Assembly: GCF_038025025.1 (NCBI RefSeq)
Contig: NW_027117343.1
Location: forward strand, 186,001 to 250,000
Direction of reading: 5' to 3'
Length of the DNA stretch: 64,000 nt
Origin: Phyllosticta citribraziliensis
Taxonomy: Eukaryota
Both the position numbers and the translations under genes were made by a program. Each line of letters opens with the position of its first letter. Positions within the stretch are counted from its first letter, which is position 1. Below the pieces are notes generated by a model that saw only the letters and a list, made by a program, of their open reading frames with translations, searched no databases and had not been told where the DNA came from. Below are positions 63,047-64,000 of this stretch, piece by piece.

Positions 63047-63721
63047 ATGAAACCCCCTGCAACCTCTCAGTCTTTGAAGAGGAATTTTGACCATGAATCT
63101 CCTTATGACGATGTTTCCCGCCGACCTTACAAGAAGCAAAGGTCGACACCAATTGATGATGAGGATGACCTGATCCTATGCCTTTGCCACCGTCCATCAA
63201 AGGCTCCAGCAATCGGAAAGACTACCGAACGCGTGGTCTTCATAGACGACATCAAGCATCTCAACATAGGGAAGAAGCTGAGCGGAAAGTCCAAATCCGT
63301 GTCAACTAATGTCGACGACTCCTCCCGCGAAATCCTGACAGTCATTACCGATGGAATCCAGCAATTGATCCTCCGCGCTCTCAAGGAAAAGAAGACTATG
63401 GGCTGCTCCGGCCGATTCGTTTCGGTGCCCGCAGACGAATGCTCCCTATCGCTCGCGTCGGCACGAGTCCAACCTTTCTCCCCCCTTCTCATCTTAGAGC
63501 TTGAATGCTCCCTGCCCACGTCATTTGCTTTTGGCCACACGCGTTTCTCCTGTCACCCTTCTTGTATGGTGCAAGTCACGCTACGTCTGACTTTCTCGAG
63601 CCTCGTGCTCTGGCCCAGCTTGCGACGGTCGTCATGGCAGTGGATGTCGCAAAGGTTGGCATGGTGGCAGCGAAAATGCTGCCCTGAAGCCCGGCACCTC
63701 GCGAGGGAAAGTCGCCCGTGA
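63047..63721 (+). CDS. Hypothetical protein
   Basis: ATG 63047 ORF with NLS-like LKR..RRPYKKQR and a protein-like first ~130 aa; the 3' part is less convincing. Confidence 0.4.
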   Translation: MKPPATSQSLKRNFDHESPYDDVSRRPYKKQRSTPIDDEDDLILCLCHRPSKAPAIGKTTERVVFIDDIKHLNIGKKLSGKSKSVSTNVDDSSREILTVITDGIQQLILRALKEKKTMGCSGRFVSVPADECSLSLASARVQPFSPLLILELECSLPTSFAFGHTRFSCHPSCMVQVTLRLTFSSLVLWPSLRRSSWQWMSQRLAWWQRKCCPEARHLARESRP

Positions 63722-64000
63722 GTCTGCCCAGGGGGGTGGGAGGTCTTGAATGCTCCCTATCAATCGGCCGTTCCAGTGGATGAATGACCCCCATCTACTA
63801 CACTACCTCTTTTTGCTGCGGGGAAAGAGGTGGCAGCGCGGACGGGTGCCGGTGGGCATTGTTTTATGCATTCCTCGAGATGTTGTTGATAATTTTTTCA
63901 CCCTACGTAATATTAGTACCAAAACTAATGTTGGATCATTGTACTTACATTGGCGCCGTCATGCAAATTCATGTCTGGCTCGACTTTCTGGTAGAGCTGG

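Noticed and set aside
1..64000. Starship or other giant mobile element
   Set aside because: No tyrosine-recombinase captain gene or element boundary is recognisable in this window. It cannot be excluded from outside the window.

Overview
Eukaryotic DNA from a filamentous ascomycete: short GT-AG introns with CTRAY-type branch sites and strong repeat-induced point mutation (RIP). The dominant feature is a dense array of at least 17 paralogous BTB/POZ-domain loci. About 9 have intact frames (one needs an inferred third intron); the rest are nonsense, frameshifted, truncated or transposon-split. Wherever the 5' exons survive they share intron positions, and the C-termini are variable: one CxxC..CxxC zinc ribbon, two tandem ribbons, none, or, in one member (39431-41737, minus), a Nup98-like GLEBS motif plus FG repeats. 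Two full-length 5189-bp RIP-destroyed Ty1/copia elements (267-bp LTRs, 5-bp TSDs) sit in the array. One splits exon 1 of a BTB gene, and RIP has leaked from it into the neighbouring BTB gene. Also present are a hexose transporter, an MFS / FAD-monooxygenase / frameshifted P450 block, an MLRQ (NDUFA4/B12D-like) gene, several orphan ORFs or relics, and a recurrent GAATGCTCC motif. Gene models were spliced by eye and no database search was possible.
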